Source: an uncultured Desulfurococcaceae archaeon (GTDB lineage Archaea; Thermoproteota; Thermoprotei_A; Sulfolobales; Desulfurococcaceae). Taken from it: 64,000 nucleotides of DNA. How positions within the stretch are numbered: position 1 is the stretch's first letter; each line of letters starts with the position of its first letter. Of this stretch, positions 35,860 through 45,615 are shown piece after piece. A program made the translations under genes and the position numbers. The notes beneath the pieces were generated by a model that saw only the letters and a list, made by a program, of their open reading frames with translations, was not told the DNA's origin and did not search any database. The stretch spans positions 13,034 to 77,033 of the forward strand of contig CAZVAW010000003.1 in the NCBI GenBank assembly GCA_964625205.1. The letters are read 5' to 3'.

Positions 35860-37628
35860 ATTCTCCTCCTACCCCTTAGTATTACAACAATCATGATAGC
35901 TAATAGTATTGCTACTAGGATAAATGCTATAACTATTGCTAAGAAGAACTCCGATACACCACCTCGTGTTGCTTTTAAATTTATATATCTAAGTATTAAA
36001 TTATTTTGAGAAGCACTCTTCAGTTCAACTGTAAATGACGTCTCGTTAACAAGCGTCCTATATAGTATATACTGGTTATTTAGGTAGACATCAGTTAATT
36101 TTCTATATGCTACTTCGGACGGTTTTATAGTCACAGTGTATGTTCCGGGTGGTAAGTATATTTTGAATACAGGTTCTGTAATATTGTATCTCCTATAATA
36201 ACCATTTTCGCCTCGGAATTCTACAGTTATTGGGTGATCACGTATTATGTCCAGCGAGTAATAGTTCTCGTCGACAAACAATATTGTTATCCAAGCTACT
36301 GGCGTTACCTCGAACGTTAAGGTAATAGATACGTCACGATACACTGGTATGTAAGCCTTACTTATCTCCATGTTATTTACATATGCTTTTCCATAAATAT
36401 GGTTTCCATCAAGAGTAAAACCAGTCTCAGGGATTATTTCAAACATGTAAAGCCCGCGGCGTTGTAGTGTCACTGTATATGGTATATCTGTTAGAGAAAT
36501 ATTCTCGACAAGCTCAAGAGAACCATTCTCTCTTACATAGTATATATTTAGAGTAGCGTTTGGATAAAGATTTTTATTAGCCGGTTCTATATTAATCGTC
36601 AACTTATATTCGTTTTGAATTCTATATTCTGGTATATAGTCAGGGATCCTCTGAACATGCTCAGTACGTAATCTCACAACTATTCCTTGTAAATTCAACT
36701 CACTGAGTAAATAATAAGTTATAGGGCCCATATAGACCCTATATGAGAAGGTGGTATTCGAACCAGCACCTAGTCTTAATGCTTTCATTTCAAGCCTTAT
36801 TATACTTGAATGCGGAACACCAGATAATCCTTGGCCAGCTATTTCATACCATACGCCGAGAGTATATTTTACTGTATCACCCTGTGGTATTAGAATAATG
36901 CCTTGTGGAATGTCATAATCACTTGAATGCGATATAAGTGCTATAAACTTAACTTTTCCTTGCAGATTCTCCAATGTTCCGGGTGAATAACCTTGGTGGA
37001 TATATAGTTTATTATCTGTCGTTCCACATATTTGGAAATCGTCTTCGGCATCACCACCAAATGATGACGCTAATTCTATCGAGAATGAAGTTGCACGTAG
37101 CCATGCCTGACTTAAATCCATTTTCAACTCTATATTTTCATTATTCACGAATATGTATTCGATATCAAAGTATGGTTTATCGTAATAGAACGTATATTTT
37201 TTAATGAGATACGCATCATATACATCGCTTATTTTCGTCTTTATCACCACTACGGATTTATATGGTGTATTTTCCAAGATCTTATAGGTTGCTTTATGCG
37301 AGAATATTTCACCTGGCCATGTTATCGTAGTCGTGCCTGTAACTGGTGTAACAGATGGTATAATCTCGTAATATAGAGCCTCATGTATTGTTCCCGGGCC
37401 GAAGTATCGTAGGTTCTTTACTTCTATTCCATCGTATTCATAGTTTTTTACAATACCACTATATTTTAAATCTATAGATATACTGGTAAAGTATGTTTTT
37501 ATTGTCAAGGTATCTACGGTTTCACTATACTTTACATTTATATAGCTATATGTAGGAGTAGTTAGTAATGCTACTAAAACTATTAACACTACTAATATAA
37601 GGCGTGGCTTAGACAAATAGATCACCAC
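35856..37628 (-). CDS. Large secreted surface protein with C-terminal TM anchor
   Basis: N-terminal LILVVLIVLVALLTTPTYS. Tyr/Asn/Thr-rich beta sequence. Anchor FFLAIVIAFILVAILLAIMIVVIL followed by RGRRRI. Confidence 0.6.
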   Translation of the reverse strand: MVIYLSKPRLILVVLIVLVALLTTPTYSYINVKYSETVDTLTIKTYFTSISIDLKYSGIVKNYEYDGIEVKNLRYFGPGTIHEALYYEIIPSVTPVTGTTTITWPGEIFSHKATYKILENTPYKSVVVIKTKISDVYDAYLIKKYTFYYDKPYFDIEYIFVNNENIELKMDLSQAWLRATSFSIELASSFGGDAEDDFQICGTTDNKLYIHQGYSPGTLENLQGKVKFIALISHSSDYDIPQGIILIPQGDTVKYTLGVWYEIAGQGLSGVPHSSIIRLEMKALRLGAGSNTTFSYRVYMGPITYYLLSELNLQGIVVRLRTEHVQRIPDYIPEYRIQNEYKLTINIEPANKNLYPNATLNIYYVRENGSLELVENISLTDIPYTVTLQRRGLYMFEIIPETGFTLDGNHIYGKAYVNNMEISKAYIPVYRDVSITLTFEVTPVAWITILFVDENYYSLDIIRDHPITVEFRGENGYYRRYNITEPVFKIYLPPGTYTVTIKPSEVAYRKLTDVYLNNQYILYRTLVNETSFTVELKSASQNNLILRYINLKATRGGVSEFFLAIVIAFILVAILLAIMIVVILRGRRRI

Positions 37629-37694
37629 ATTATTATATTTGGATACTTCAACGTTTAATAATTTTTAGCTTTAACAATACATGTGGTGTAGTAT

Positions 37695-38429
37695 ATGAGT
37701 AATAATGATGTTAAAAAGATAAAGCAGGAGATAAGAGAGAGAATATGGCGTTTACTTGAGGAGAAGAATATTGCTAGGTTTCCAAGACCAGTTTATGGTA
37801 GAATACCTAATTTCGAAGGTGCTGATAAAGCTGCTGAGAGACTGTTTAGGACAAGCATTTGGAGGAAGGCTAAAATCGTTAAAGTTAATCCGGATTCCCC
37901 ACAACGACCTGTCAGGTATCGTGCTTTAGTTGAGGGTAAGAAATTGGTTATGGCCACACCTAAGCTTAGGAAGGGCTTTCTATTGCTTGATCCAAGAAAT
38001 ATACCTAGTAGTAGCTATATGTACGCCTCTAGTATTAAGGGCGCGTTCGTCTATGGTAAAATATTAAGATTAGAAGAAATCCCATGCATAGATCTTATTG
38101 TGACTGGTTGTGTAGCTGTTGATAGATACGGTAGACGTCTCGGCAAAGGTGGCGGTTATGCTGAGTTGGAATACGCTATTCTACGCGAGATCAACGCTAT
38201 CGACGAAAACACGTATGTCGTCACAACGATCCATGATCTACAAATCGTTGATAAAATACCGGTTGAGGAACATGATTTAACCGTTGACATTATTTTTACA
38301 CCAACAAAGACGATCTATGTAGAACCAAGACCACCTAAGCCAAAAGGTATTATTTGGGAGAAACTCGGCGATAAAATAAACCTCTCCATTATTAATGAGT
38401 TAAAAATGTATCTACTTAGTAAAAGGTAA
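37695..38429 (+). CDS. 5-formyltetrahydrofolate cyclo-ligase family protein
   Basis: RIPNFEGA, the GKGGGYAELEY motif and overall length. Confidence 0.72.
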   Translation: MSNNDVKKIKQEIRERIWRLLEEKNIARFPRPVYGRIPNFEGADKAAERLFRTSIWRKAKIVKVNPDSPQRPVRYRALVEGKKLVMATPKLRKGFLLLDPRNIPSSSYMYASSIKGAFVYGKILRLEEIPCIDLIVTGCVAVDRYGRRLGKGGGYAELEYAILREINAIDENTYVVTTIHDLQIVDKIPVEEHDLTVDIIFTPTKTIYVEPRPPKPKGIIWEKLGDKINLSIINELKMYLLSKR

Positions 38430-38475
38430 TTGTTTTTATTATTTCAAAAGTAAATAAACCTATTAGGGGATTAAC

Positions 38476-39570
38476 TTGAAGGATCCTAGGTCTATTTTAG
38501 AAGAAGTAAGAAGTATTGTTAAAGAAGTTGTTGAAAACGAGATGAATAATTTATCAAAGGAAGCTACAACTTATTCCTATTACTTAAATGATCTAGTATA
38601 TATAGCGAAAGATTTTATGCTACGAGGCGGTAAAAGACTACGTGCTTTTCTCGTATTAATTGGTTATTGGAGCCGTGAATGGGGTCTTGACATATCTAGA
38701 GTTAAATATTTATTAGCAATGGTTGAGTTTCTTCAGAGCTATCTTCTTGTTCACGATGATATAATGGATCAAGACGATGTAAGACGTGGAGGTCCTACAG
38801 TTCATGTATGGTTTTCGAGAAAATGCCGTGATGAAAAACTTTTAGGAGATTGTAACCACTATGGTGTTTCACAAGCTATAACTGTTGGTGATTATCTCGA
38901 GTCCTTGGCAGTTAACATGATATCAAAACTCGATCTGCCGGGTAATACCTTATCTCTCCTTATCAAGACTTATACACGTGGCTTAAGAATAGTATCGTAT
39001 GGTCAGTATCTCGATGTTCTAATGTCTTATAAGCCTCTTAGAGAAGTTAGTGAAGAAGATATACTTATGATTCATAAGTTGAAGACAGCATCATATACTG
39101 TCGAGTTACCATTACATCTTGGAGCTATCGCTAGTAATAGGTATAGTAACGAGTTATTAAATGAACTAACCGAATACGCCATTCCAGCTGGTATAGCTTT
39201 TCAACTTAGAGACGATATATTAGGTCTTTACGGGGATCCTAGTGTAACAGGTAAACCAGTTGGTAGCGATGTGAGGGAGAAAAAGAAGACATTGTTAGTG
39301 ATCTATGCTTATAAAAATGCTTCAGAAGATGACCGTAGGTTTTTGGAGGAAATATATGATATAAAGAAGAGAGAGGAGATAAACGAGGATGATATTCGTA
39401 GAGTTCAAGAGATAATTAGAAAATATGGTGGACTCGAATATGTTGAAAAGAAAATGATTGAGGAGGCCGAGAAAGCTAGGGACGCATTACGTAACGCGAT
39501 CCTTATAAACGATAATGCTAAGAAATCGCTTGAGTGGCTTCTTGAATTATTTATACATAGAGAGAAATAA
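38476..39570 (+). CDS. idsA: Polyprenyl (geranylgeranyl) diphosphate synthase
   Basis: First Asp-rich motif LVHDDIMDQDDVRRG, second motif FQLRDDILG. TTG start. Confidence 0.85.
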   Translation: MKDPRSILEEVRSIVKEVVENEMNNLSKEATTYSYYLNDLVYIAKDFMLRGGKRLRAFLVLIGYWSREWGLDISRVKYLLAMVEFLQSYLLVHDDIMDQDDVRRGGPTVHVWFSRKCRDEKLLGDCNHYGVSQAITVGDYLESLAVNMISKLDLPGNTLSLLIKTYTRGLRIVSYGQYLDVLMSYKPLREVSEEDILMIHKLKTASYTVELPLHLGAIASNRYSNELLNELTEYAIPAGIAFQLRDDILGLYGDPSVTGKPVGSDVREKKKTLLVIYAYKNASEDDRRFLEEIYDIKKREEINEDDIRRVQEIIRKYGGLEYVEKKMIEEAEKARDALRNAILINDNAKKSLEWLLELFIHREK

Positions 39571-39594
39571 ACGTGTTAAAATAATGCTATAGTT

Positions 39595-39652
39595 ATGGAT
39601 GATGAACTTCCCTGCACATGAGCGGTGATGAAACGGGTGAGCGTCTGAATAG
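39595..39652 (+). ncRNA. C/D-box sRNA (best candidate in the window)
   Basis: C ATGATGA 39599-39605, 12-nt guide ACTTCCCTGCAC, D' ATGA 39618-39621, 3-nt spacer, C' GTGATGA 39625-39631, 13-nt guide AACGGGTGAGCGT, D CTGA 39645-39648. Confidence 0.7.
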
Positions 39653-39678
39653 TAAATATTTAGTATAGATGGTTAAAA

Positions 39679-39933
39679 ATGGGGCGTCGTAGAGGAGAGA
39701 TTGAGGAATATTTGAAAAGAGTATTTTTCCATGGACCCCGCAAAGAATACATAATTTTTATTAAGTATAGAACTGGTGAAGGCGAAGAATATAGACCTAT
39801 ACCAGTTGAGTTAATAGATGATGTTAGAGGAGGATATATTATTATCGGTGAGGATAAAATTCCTTACCATCGCGTCGTTGAGATAAGGAGAAAGAATGGG
39901 GAAATAATTTATTCTAGGGTTAAAAAAGGATAA
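39679..39933 (+). CDS. DUF504/UPF0248-like small protein
   Basis: The IKYR....E..IP...I........II.GEDKIPYHRVVEIRR pattern resembles the MJ1316-type domain. Recalled from memory, not searched. Confidence 0.55.
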   Translation: MGRRRGEIEEYLKRVFFHGPRKEYIIFIKYRTGEGEEYRPIPVELIDDVRGGYIIIGEDKIPYHRVVEIRRKNGEIIYSRVKKG

Positions 39934-39936
39934 GGT

Positions 39937-41226
39937 TTAGATCCATCCACGTAGTTTCATAGCTTTAACTACACGGTCAACGGCTATTGCGTAAGCTGCT
40001 GCTCTCATTGGGTGGTCGCTGTATTTCTTCTGCCACTCATCATATACTAAGTTGAAGTTCTTTGACATGATCTTGTCTAGTCTATCTAATGCTTCTTCAT
40101 CTGTTAACCAGCAGCCCATTCTATTGTGGCTCCATTCTATCCAGCTCATTGTTACACCACCAGAATTTGCTAAGATATCTGGTATAACAACAATACCCTT
40201 TTGATGTAGGATCTTGTCAGCCTCCGGTGTTGTTGGACCATTAGCTCCCTCACTAATGATCTTGGCCTTTATGTTTGGCGCATTCTTCTCAGTTATAACA
40301 TTCTCGATCGCAGCCGGTACTAGTATGTCTACGTCTAACTCTAGGATCTCTTCGTTACTAATGTGTTTAACCTCGGTCTTCTTATAGTTCTTTACAGCGC
40401 CAGTTTCTTGTTTTACCCTGATAACCTCTTCTATATCTAAGCCGTTGGGGTCGTAGATACCGCCTTTACTATCACTAACTGCTACGACTTTAGCGCCCCA
40501 CTCTGCTAAGTACTTTGCAGCAAATGAACCTACGTTGCCAAAGCCTTGTACGGCTACTGTTTTACCCTCTAACCCTCCTAGTACACGTTTAGCTGCTTCA
40601 CGTGCTGTTAATGCTACACCGTAACCAGTACTTACTGTTCTTACGTATAGTCCTCCTAACTCTACGGGTTTAGCTGTTACTACGCCCCATGCATTATAGC
40701 CAACGATCTTACTATATTCGTCGAAGTACCATGCCATGGTCTGTGGATTAGTATATACATCAGGTGCTGGTATGTCAATGTCTTCGCCGACCTCACGTGC
40801 TATAGCTGCGAAATATTTACGGCTTAGTTCTTCTAACTCGCGTTGAGTCAACTGCTTTGGATCAACGCGTACTCCTCCTTTACCACCACCATATGGTATT
40901 CCTGCCAACGCGTTTTTCCATGTCATCCACATTGATAAAGCAACTACTTCACCAGGTGTTACATTTGGACTATATCTTACACCTCCTTTGTATGGGCCAC
41001 GTGCACTATTGTGCTGTGACCTCCATCCTAGGTAGACCTCGATCTTACCATTTTCACGGCGTACTGGTATTTTTACTTGTACTAGCTTCTCTGGGTGACG
41101 TAAAATCTCTACAATCTCATCAGGTAGCCCCAGTAGTGATGCTGCCTCACGTAATTGTTTTACAGCCATTTGATACGTTGGATCTTTTTCATATAAGGAA
41201 GCGTATTCTTCAGTCATCCTATACAC
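39937..41226 (-). CDS. gdhA: Glutamate dehydrogenase
   Basis: IPYGGGKGGVRVDP catalytic-Lys motif, the Rossmann motif VQGFGNVGS and GANGPTT. Confidence 0.92.
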   Translation of the reverse strand: MYRMTEEYASLYEKDPTYQMAVKQLREAASLLGLPDEIVEILRHPEKLVQVKIPVRRENGKIEVYLGWRSQHNSARGPYKGGVRYSPNVTPGEVVALSMWMTWKNALAGIPYGGGKGGVRVDPKQLTQRELEELSRKYFAAIAREVGEDIDIPAPDVYTNPQTMAWYFDEYSKIVGYNAWGVVTAKPVELGGLYVRTVSTGYGVALTAREAAKRVLGGLEGKTVAVQGFGNVGSFAAKYLAEWGAKVVAVSDSKGGIYDPNGLDIEEVIRVKQETGAVKNYKKTEVKHISNEEILELDVDILVPAAIENVITEKNAPNIKAKIISEGANGPTTPEADKILHQKGIVVIPDILANSGGVTMSWIEWSHNRMGCWLTDEEALDRLDKIMSKNFNLVYDEWQKKYSDHPMRAAAYAIAVDRVVKAMKLRGWI

Positions 41227-41367
41227 CTCAATAGGGATATAAATAATTGATCTGGGTATATATGTTAATCGTATGGATAAGTATGTTATATTCGTATATG
41301 TTTATATGGGAGAAGTATATACGTCTATAGATGTATATAGATTTAGTGTGAAAATACTCCCAGTATA

Positions 41368-41432
41368 GTGATCAGCCCTCACACGGATCTTCATCGCAGA
41401 AAAGCTCTGCACCGAAGTCGTTCATCACACGA
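41368..41432 (-). ncRNA. C/D-box sRNA candidate
   Basis: Minus strand: C GTGATGA (comp. 41422-41428), guide ACGACTTCGGTG, D' CAGA (comp. 41406-41409), C' ATGAAGA (comp. 41388-41394), guide TCCGTGTGAGGG, D CTGA (comp. 41372-41375). Confidence 0.55.
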
Positions 41433-41508
41433 ACAGTTCATGATAAAGATAATAACTACTATGGTTTATCATGGTTTTCCTAAACCAAAACGCCATATCT
41501 ACTATTTT

Positions 41509-41536
41509 AGTGCACATATAATCAGAAAAGTGCACA
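41509..41536. promoter_or_regulatory. Direct repeat of AGTGCACA (contains palindrome GTGCAC), candidate operator
   Basis: AGTGCACA occurs at 41509-41516 and 41529-41536, 20 nt apart, about 85-110 nt upstream of the nicotinamidase ATG. Confidence 0.35.
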
Positions 41537-41619
41537 AGATATCATAATAACAAATAAATTACCAAATAACGATTAATTAATATAGACACTAACTCCCAAG
41601 ATCCTATGAGGCGGTGATT

Positions 41620-42168
41620 ATGAAACCAGCTATTATAGTTATTGATATGCTCGAAGAGTTCGTTCATGGAAGATTAAAAAGTCCGGATGCAGAAAAAATT
41701 GTTCCCATAATTAAGAATGTCATTGATAAAGCACATGAGAAAGATATCCCGGTAATTCATGTCATAGATCAACATTTTCCGGTTGATCACGAGCTTAAGA
41801 TTTGGGGTGAACATGCTTTAATCGGTAGTAAGGAGGCTTCTATAGTCGAGGAATTAAGACCTAGTGATAAAGACTATGTATTGTATAAGAGAAGCTATAG
41901 TGGTTTTAGAGATACTGGTTTAGACATGTTATTAAGAGATCTTGGAGTAGATACTGTTGTATTAACGGGTATACATACGCATATATGTGTATTACATACT
42001 GCATGGGACGCCTTCTATTATGGATACAATATTGTCATTGTAAAAGATGCTGTAGCAGCGTTTAGTAAAGAGGATCATGAATATGCGTTAAAGTATATGG
42101 AGAAAATATATGGGGCTAAACTTGTTGAGTCTACTGAATTAATTAAAATGATTGGAGATAAACAATGA
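41620..42168 (+). CDS. pncA: Isochorismatase-family hydrolase, nicotinamidase-like
   Basis: IVIDMLEEF (Asp), KRSYSGF (Lys), GIHTHICVLHTA (Cys), plus the metal-site-like IDQHFPVDH...WGEHA. Confidence 0.72.
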   Translation: MKPAIIVIDMLEEFVHGRLKSPDAEKIVPIIKNVIDKAHEKDIPVIHVIDQHFPVDHELKIWGEHALIGSKEASIVEELRPSDKDYVLYKRSYSGFRDTGLDMLLRDLGVDTVVLTGIHTHICVLHTAWDAFYYGYNIVIVKDAVAAFSKEDHEYALKYMEKIYGAKLVESTELIKMIGDKQ

Positions 42169-42755
42169 ATTGTAAAGACTTAATGAGAATCTATAGAGGC
42201 TTAGCCGGTGAAGATTTCTTAGTTCTAGCCTCCATGATCGTTTATCTTACGAACAAGTGTATTGGACGTGTACGTTTAGCAAAAGAACTTGGAATAACCG
42301 AGAGGAAAGCCCGTAATATAATAGATATACTAACTGAAAAGGAGATCATATATGGTTCAATCAATAAATGTATTGTTGACGAGCTAATGAAATATTATGT
42401 TGACATGGTTAACACCCGCGAATTAGATAACAGGAAGATAACATTCTTTAAAGTAATTGATCAGGAAATAGCATCACTTATTGAAAAACACGTTGTTGAT
42501 TTAAGAGATTACATTATTCTAGCTATTAAGGATCCATATGCCATAGAGATTATAGGCTATGTTGACGATAAAGGAGAGATCCGTATTCCAGGCGTGCCAG
42601 TAGAGTACTATGAGGAATATGAGAAACTCTTATATACTATAGATCTTGGTGAAAACACGGCCTTTATTATTTGGAGGAAGTATAGGAAGTATTATTGCGA
42701 GGCTTCTCTGATCTATGGGCTTTACATGTTATGTTCTAGACATAAAGAGGCATAA
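42165..42755 (+). CDS. Hypothetical protein with N-terminal winged-helix DNA-binding-like domain
   Basis: The ATG overlaps the pncA stop (ATGA). RVRLAKELGITERKARNIIDILTEKEII looks HTH-like. Confidence 0.5.
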   Translation: MNCKDLMRIYRGLAGEDFLVLASMIVYLTNKCIGRVRLAKELGITERKARNIIDILTEKEIIYGSINKCIVDELMKYYVDMVNTRELDNRKITFFKVIDQEIASLIEKHVVDLRDYIILAIKDPYAIEIIGYVDDKGEIRIPGVPVEYYEEYEKLLYTIDLGENTAFIIWRKYRKYYCEASLIYGLYMLCSRHKEA

Positions 42756-43500
42756 GCAGTTTCTTTTTCTTTTCTTCAACAATATTTATTTTTACACCAT
42801 ATATTTTCTCGAGTAACTCCTTATTTAATACTAGATCGTCTAAATAACCAGCAAATACCAATTCGCCATTGCTAAGTACTATGAAGTACTCACCAATACT
42901 ACTACCATATAGGATATCATGGGTTGTGAAGATCAGAGTTCTTTTACTAGCCCATCCCCTGATTAGTTTAGATAATAATGCTTTAACACCAATATCAACA
43001 TGTGCGTCAAGCTCATCAAACAATAGTATTTTCGGATTTTTGATAAGAGCCATAGCTAGTATAACTCGTTGAAGCTCACCACTACTTAGTTCTGATAATT
43101 TGCGTTTTAGTAAATGTTCAAGGAATAATTCCTTCGCTATATTCTCTACAGCTTTATAATCGATTTCTTTCTCAATAAAACCAGTTGATACCGGGTAACG
43201 TGCAATCAGTAATGCTTCATAAACGGTTAGTGATAATAGTTCGTGCACATATACTTGTGTAGCGTAGGATACAAGTCTTGAAATCACTTTTAACGGTTGC
43301 TTTGATACTTCTATTCCATTCAATAGGATCGAGCCATTAAACGGGATTATTTTAGAAATTGCTTTCAATAGGGTAGACTTACCAGCACCGTTTGGACCCA
43401 GGATACAAGTTATTTTATCGTCGGGTATTTCTATTGATATATTTTTTAATGCGGCATACTTGTTGGGATATGTAACCTTTAAATTTTCTATCTTTATCAT
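42736..43500 (-). CDS. ABC importer ATPase (Fe-siderophore/cobalamin type)
   Basis: Walker A GPNGAGKST, signature LSSGELQR, Walker B ILLFDELDAHVD. Confidence 0.85.
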   Translation of the reverse strand: MIKIENLKVTYPNKYAALKNISIEIPDDKITCILGPNGAGKSTLLKAISKIIPFNGSILLNGIEVSKQPLKVISRLVSYATQVYVHELLSLTVYEALLIARYPVSTGFIEKEIDYKAVENIAKELFLEHLLKRKLSELSSGELQRVILAMALIKNPKILLFDELDAHVDIGVKALLSKLIRGWASKRTLIFTTHDILYGSSIGEYFIVLSNGELVFAGYLDDLVLNKELLEKIYGVKINIVEEKKKKLLMPLYV

Positions 43501-44456
43501 CTTAGACTCCTCTTAAATCTACTGACGATTAAAAATAAGAAGAAGGGGGCGCCGAAAACAGATACTATAGCGCCGGCAGGTACTTCTCCTACAACTTCGC
43601 TTAAAAATATTCTTGCAAAATCATCAGTTATCAACAATAGTATTGAAGCAGTTAAACCGGATAATGGGATCGTAAACCTATGATCCATCGATTTCAGTAG
43701 AAACCTCGCAATATGTGGAGATACTAATCCGATAAAGCCTATAAGCCCATAGAGCGATACTATGATCGAGGCCGATATACCAGCTAGTACTATAGCTATT
43801 CGCCTATAGATTATAGGGTTATAACCTAATTGCATAGCATACTGATCACCCAATACTAATGTATTTAGAGGCTTAGCTAAAAATGGGTAAGAGACTAGTA
43901 GTATTATTAACGCTGAGAATAGTAGGGGATAATACTTAGGTGTTGCTGTTACAAAACTACCTATTAGCAGATGTATTGCGAAAGGATATTTTGCTGAGAT
44001 AATATATGTTAAGAGGATCGAAGCACCAGAGAAGAGGGAATTTACACCGAGGCCTGCCAATACATATGCTGTGTCAGATCCACCGATTGCTTCAGCTATT
44101 AAGATTGTTAGCGCTAATGCTGATAAACCACCGATAATCGCCGATAGAGGAGCTAGGGCTATATCGTATCCCTTTAATAATATTGATAAATAAACTGCAA
44201 ATAAGGCACCACTGCCAATTCCCAATATATAGTGATCTACTAAAGGGTTTCTAAGACAACCTTGTAGATAAGATCCTGTTATACCTAATATGAGCCCCGA
44301 CAATACTACCGAGTATACTCGTGCATATCTATATTCTAGAAGAAGCTTTGTCACTACGCCATAATATATGGAGTAATGCATAAGTATTATCAACGCTATA
44401 GCGGTTAAAATGATAAATATTATTTTGTAATATATCCTTTTAACGTTGACACTCAA
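43497..44456 (-). CDS. FecCD-family ABC permease
   Basis: Polytopic membrane protein. GGLSALALTILIAE, GISASIIVSLYGLIGFIGLVSPHIAR and GAIVSVFGAPFFLFL motifs. Confidence 0.85.
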   Translation of the reverse strand: MSVNVKRIYYKIIFIILTAIALIILMHYSIYYGVVTKLLLEYRYARVYSVVLSGLILGITGSYLQGCLRNPLVDHYILGIGSGALFAVYLSILLKGYDIALAPLSAIIGGLSALALTILIAEAIGGSDTAYVLAGLGVNSLFSGASILLTYIISAKYPFAIHLLIGSFVTATPKYYPLLFSALIILLVSYPFLAKPLNTLVLGDQYAMQLGYNPIIYRRIAIVLAGISASIIVSLYGLIGFIGLVSPHIARFLLKSMDHRFTIPLSGLTASILLLITDDFARIFLSEVVGEVPAGAIVSVFGAPFFLFLIVSRFKRSLR

Positions 44457-44460
44457 TTTG

Positions 44461-45558
44461 CTATCTCCTTGATCTTCCAGTTAAAAACCCTATTATAAAC
44501 CCCAGTATAACTGCTGGAACAGAGTATGTTAGTATTAGCATTAGATCAAGCCCTTCTACTAAACTCTTTGGCGTAGATGTTAAATTTACACTATGTAGGA
44601 AAGCATCATATATTTTCTTAGGTGCATTCAAAATAAGAGGTCCTGGTCTAGATAGTGAGTCTACACCCTCTTTATCCAAGAATATTACTGGTGCACCTAA
44701 GTTGTATATACCGAGATCCCTTAACGTCTTCTCCGTAACAGGCCCCGAAGCTACGAGAATAACGTTTGGAGACCACTCATATATCTCCTCAATACCCACT
44801 GCTTTCCACCCCGTGGTATTTGCAGCGTTTTTCAACCCTAGCCTTGATATTATATCATCAATATATGTCGCTCGACCCGCAACCCATATACCATTATATA
44901 CACCAACTATAACTAGAACACTTAGGTTATGGTAATCATCTAGTTTTTCTCGATACGTCTCAAACGTTTTTTCAACTTTATTTATGAAGTCAACAACTTT
45001 TCTCTCTAGACCATATATTTTCGCAATTAAGTCGAAGTCAAAGTATATGTCATTTATTGAAGACGAAGAGCCTCCATTAAGATAGACGACCGTTAAATTA
45101 TATGACTCAAATGTTTGTAGAAGTGGTTGATGTGCACCTTTATCCGCTAATATAAGGTCTGGCTCTAGTTTTAGTATCTCTTCTATCTTAATACTACTCC
45201 ACCAATAACCACCTACATCAACTATATTGTTCCTCTCTACATAGTTCTTTATACCATAATATGTGTCATTATATGATATACTATCCACTCCTACTATGTA
45301 GTCTTCTAAGCCCATGTAGAATAAGATCTCGGTAATGCTTGGGGCTAATGATACTATCCTAGTAGGTTTATTACCAAGGACTATAGTTCTACCTAATGCA
45401 TCCACTACTTGTATTTCTTTGTCACCAGAACTTAACACATTAATAGTATAGGGGCTCGCCTTAGAAAGAGTTAGTGGACAAGTATAAAAAATCACTATAA
45501 CTAACAGTATTATGTAGGTGAGCATTTTAGTTGTTTTCACATTGGACACCATGTCCAA
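44461..45558 (-). CDS. Periplasmic-binding-protein (BtuF/FhuD-like) solute receptor with C-terminal TM anchor
   Basis: RIVSLAPSITEILFYMGLEDYIVGV and PDLILA motifs. C-terminal anchor VPAVILGFIIGFLTGRSRR. Confidence 0.75.
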   Translation of the reverse strand: MDMVSNVKTTKMLTYIILLVIVIFYTCPLTLSKASPYTINVLSSGDKEIQVVDALGRTIVLGNKPTRIVSLAPSITEILFYMGLEDYIVGVDSISYNDTYYGIKNYVERNNIVDVGGYWWSSIKIEEILKLEPDLILADKGAHQPLLQTFESYNLTVVYLNGGSSSSINDIYFDFDLIAKIYGLERKVVDFINKVEKTFETYREKLDDYHNLSVLVIVGVYNGIWVAGRATYIDDIISRLGLKNAANTTGWKAVGIEEIYEWSPNVILVASGPVTEKTLRDLGIYNLGAPVIFLDKEGVDSLSRPGPLILNAPKKIYDAFLHSVNLTSTPKSLVEGLDLMLILTYSVPAVILGFIIGFLTGRSRR

Positions 45559-45615
45559 TATAATCTCTTAAGATAAAATGTATAGTATATATTAATTAAG
45601 ATTTCGATTAAACTC

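Noticed and set aside
40857-41234. 125-aa plus-strand ORF.
   Set aside because: It is antisense to glutamate dehydrogenase and has His/Leu-rich shadow-frame composition.
41240-41345. AT-rich stretch with repeated GTATAT/TATAG motifs, considered as a replication origin.
   Set aside because: I see no ORB-like (G-string containing) repeats and no orc1/cdc6 or whiP gene nearby. The stretch also has to house the gdhA promoter, so the repeats are most simply TATA-like promoter sequence.
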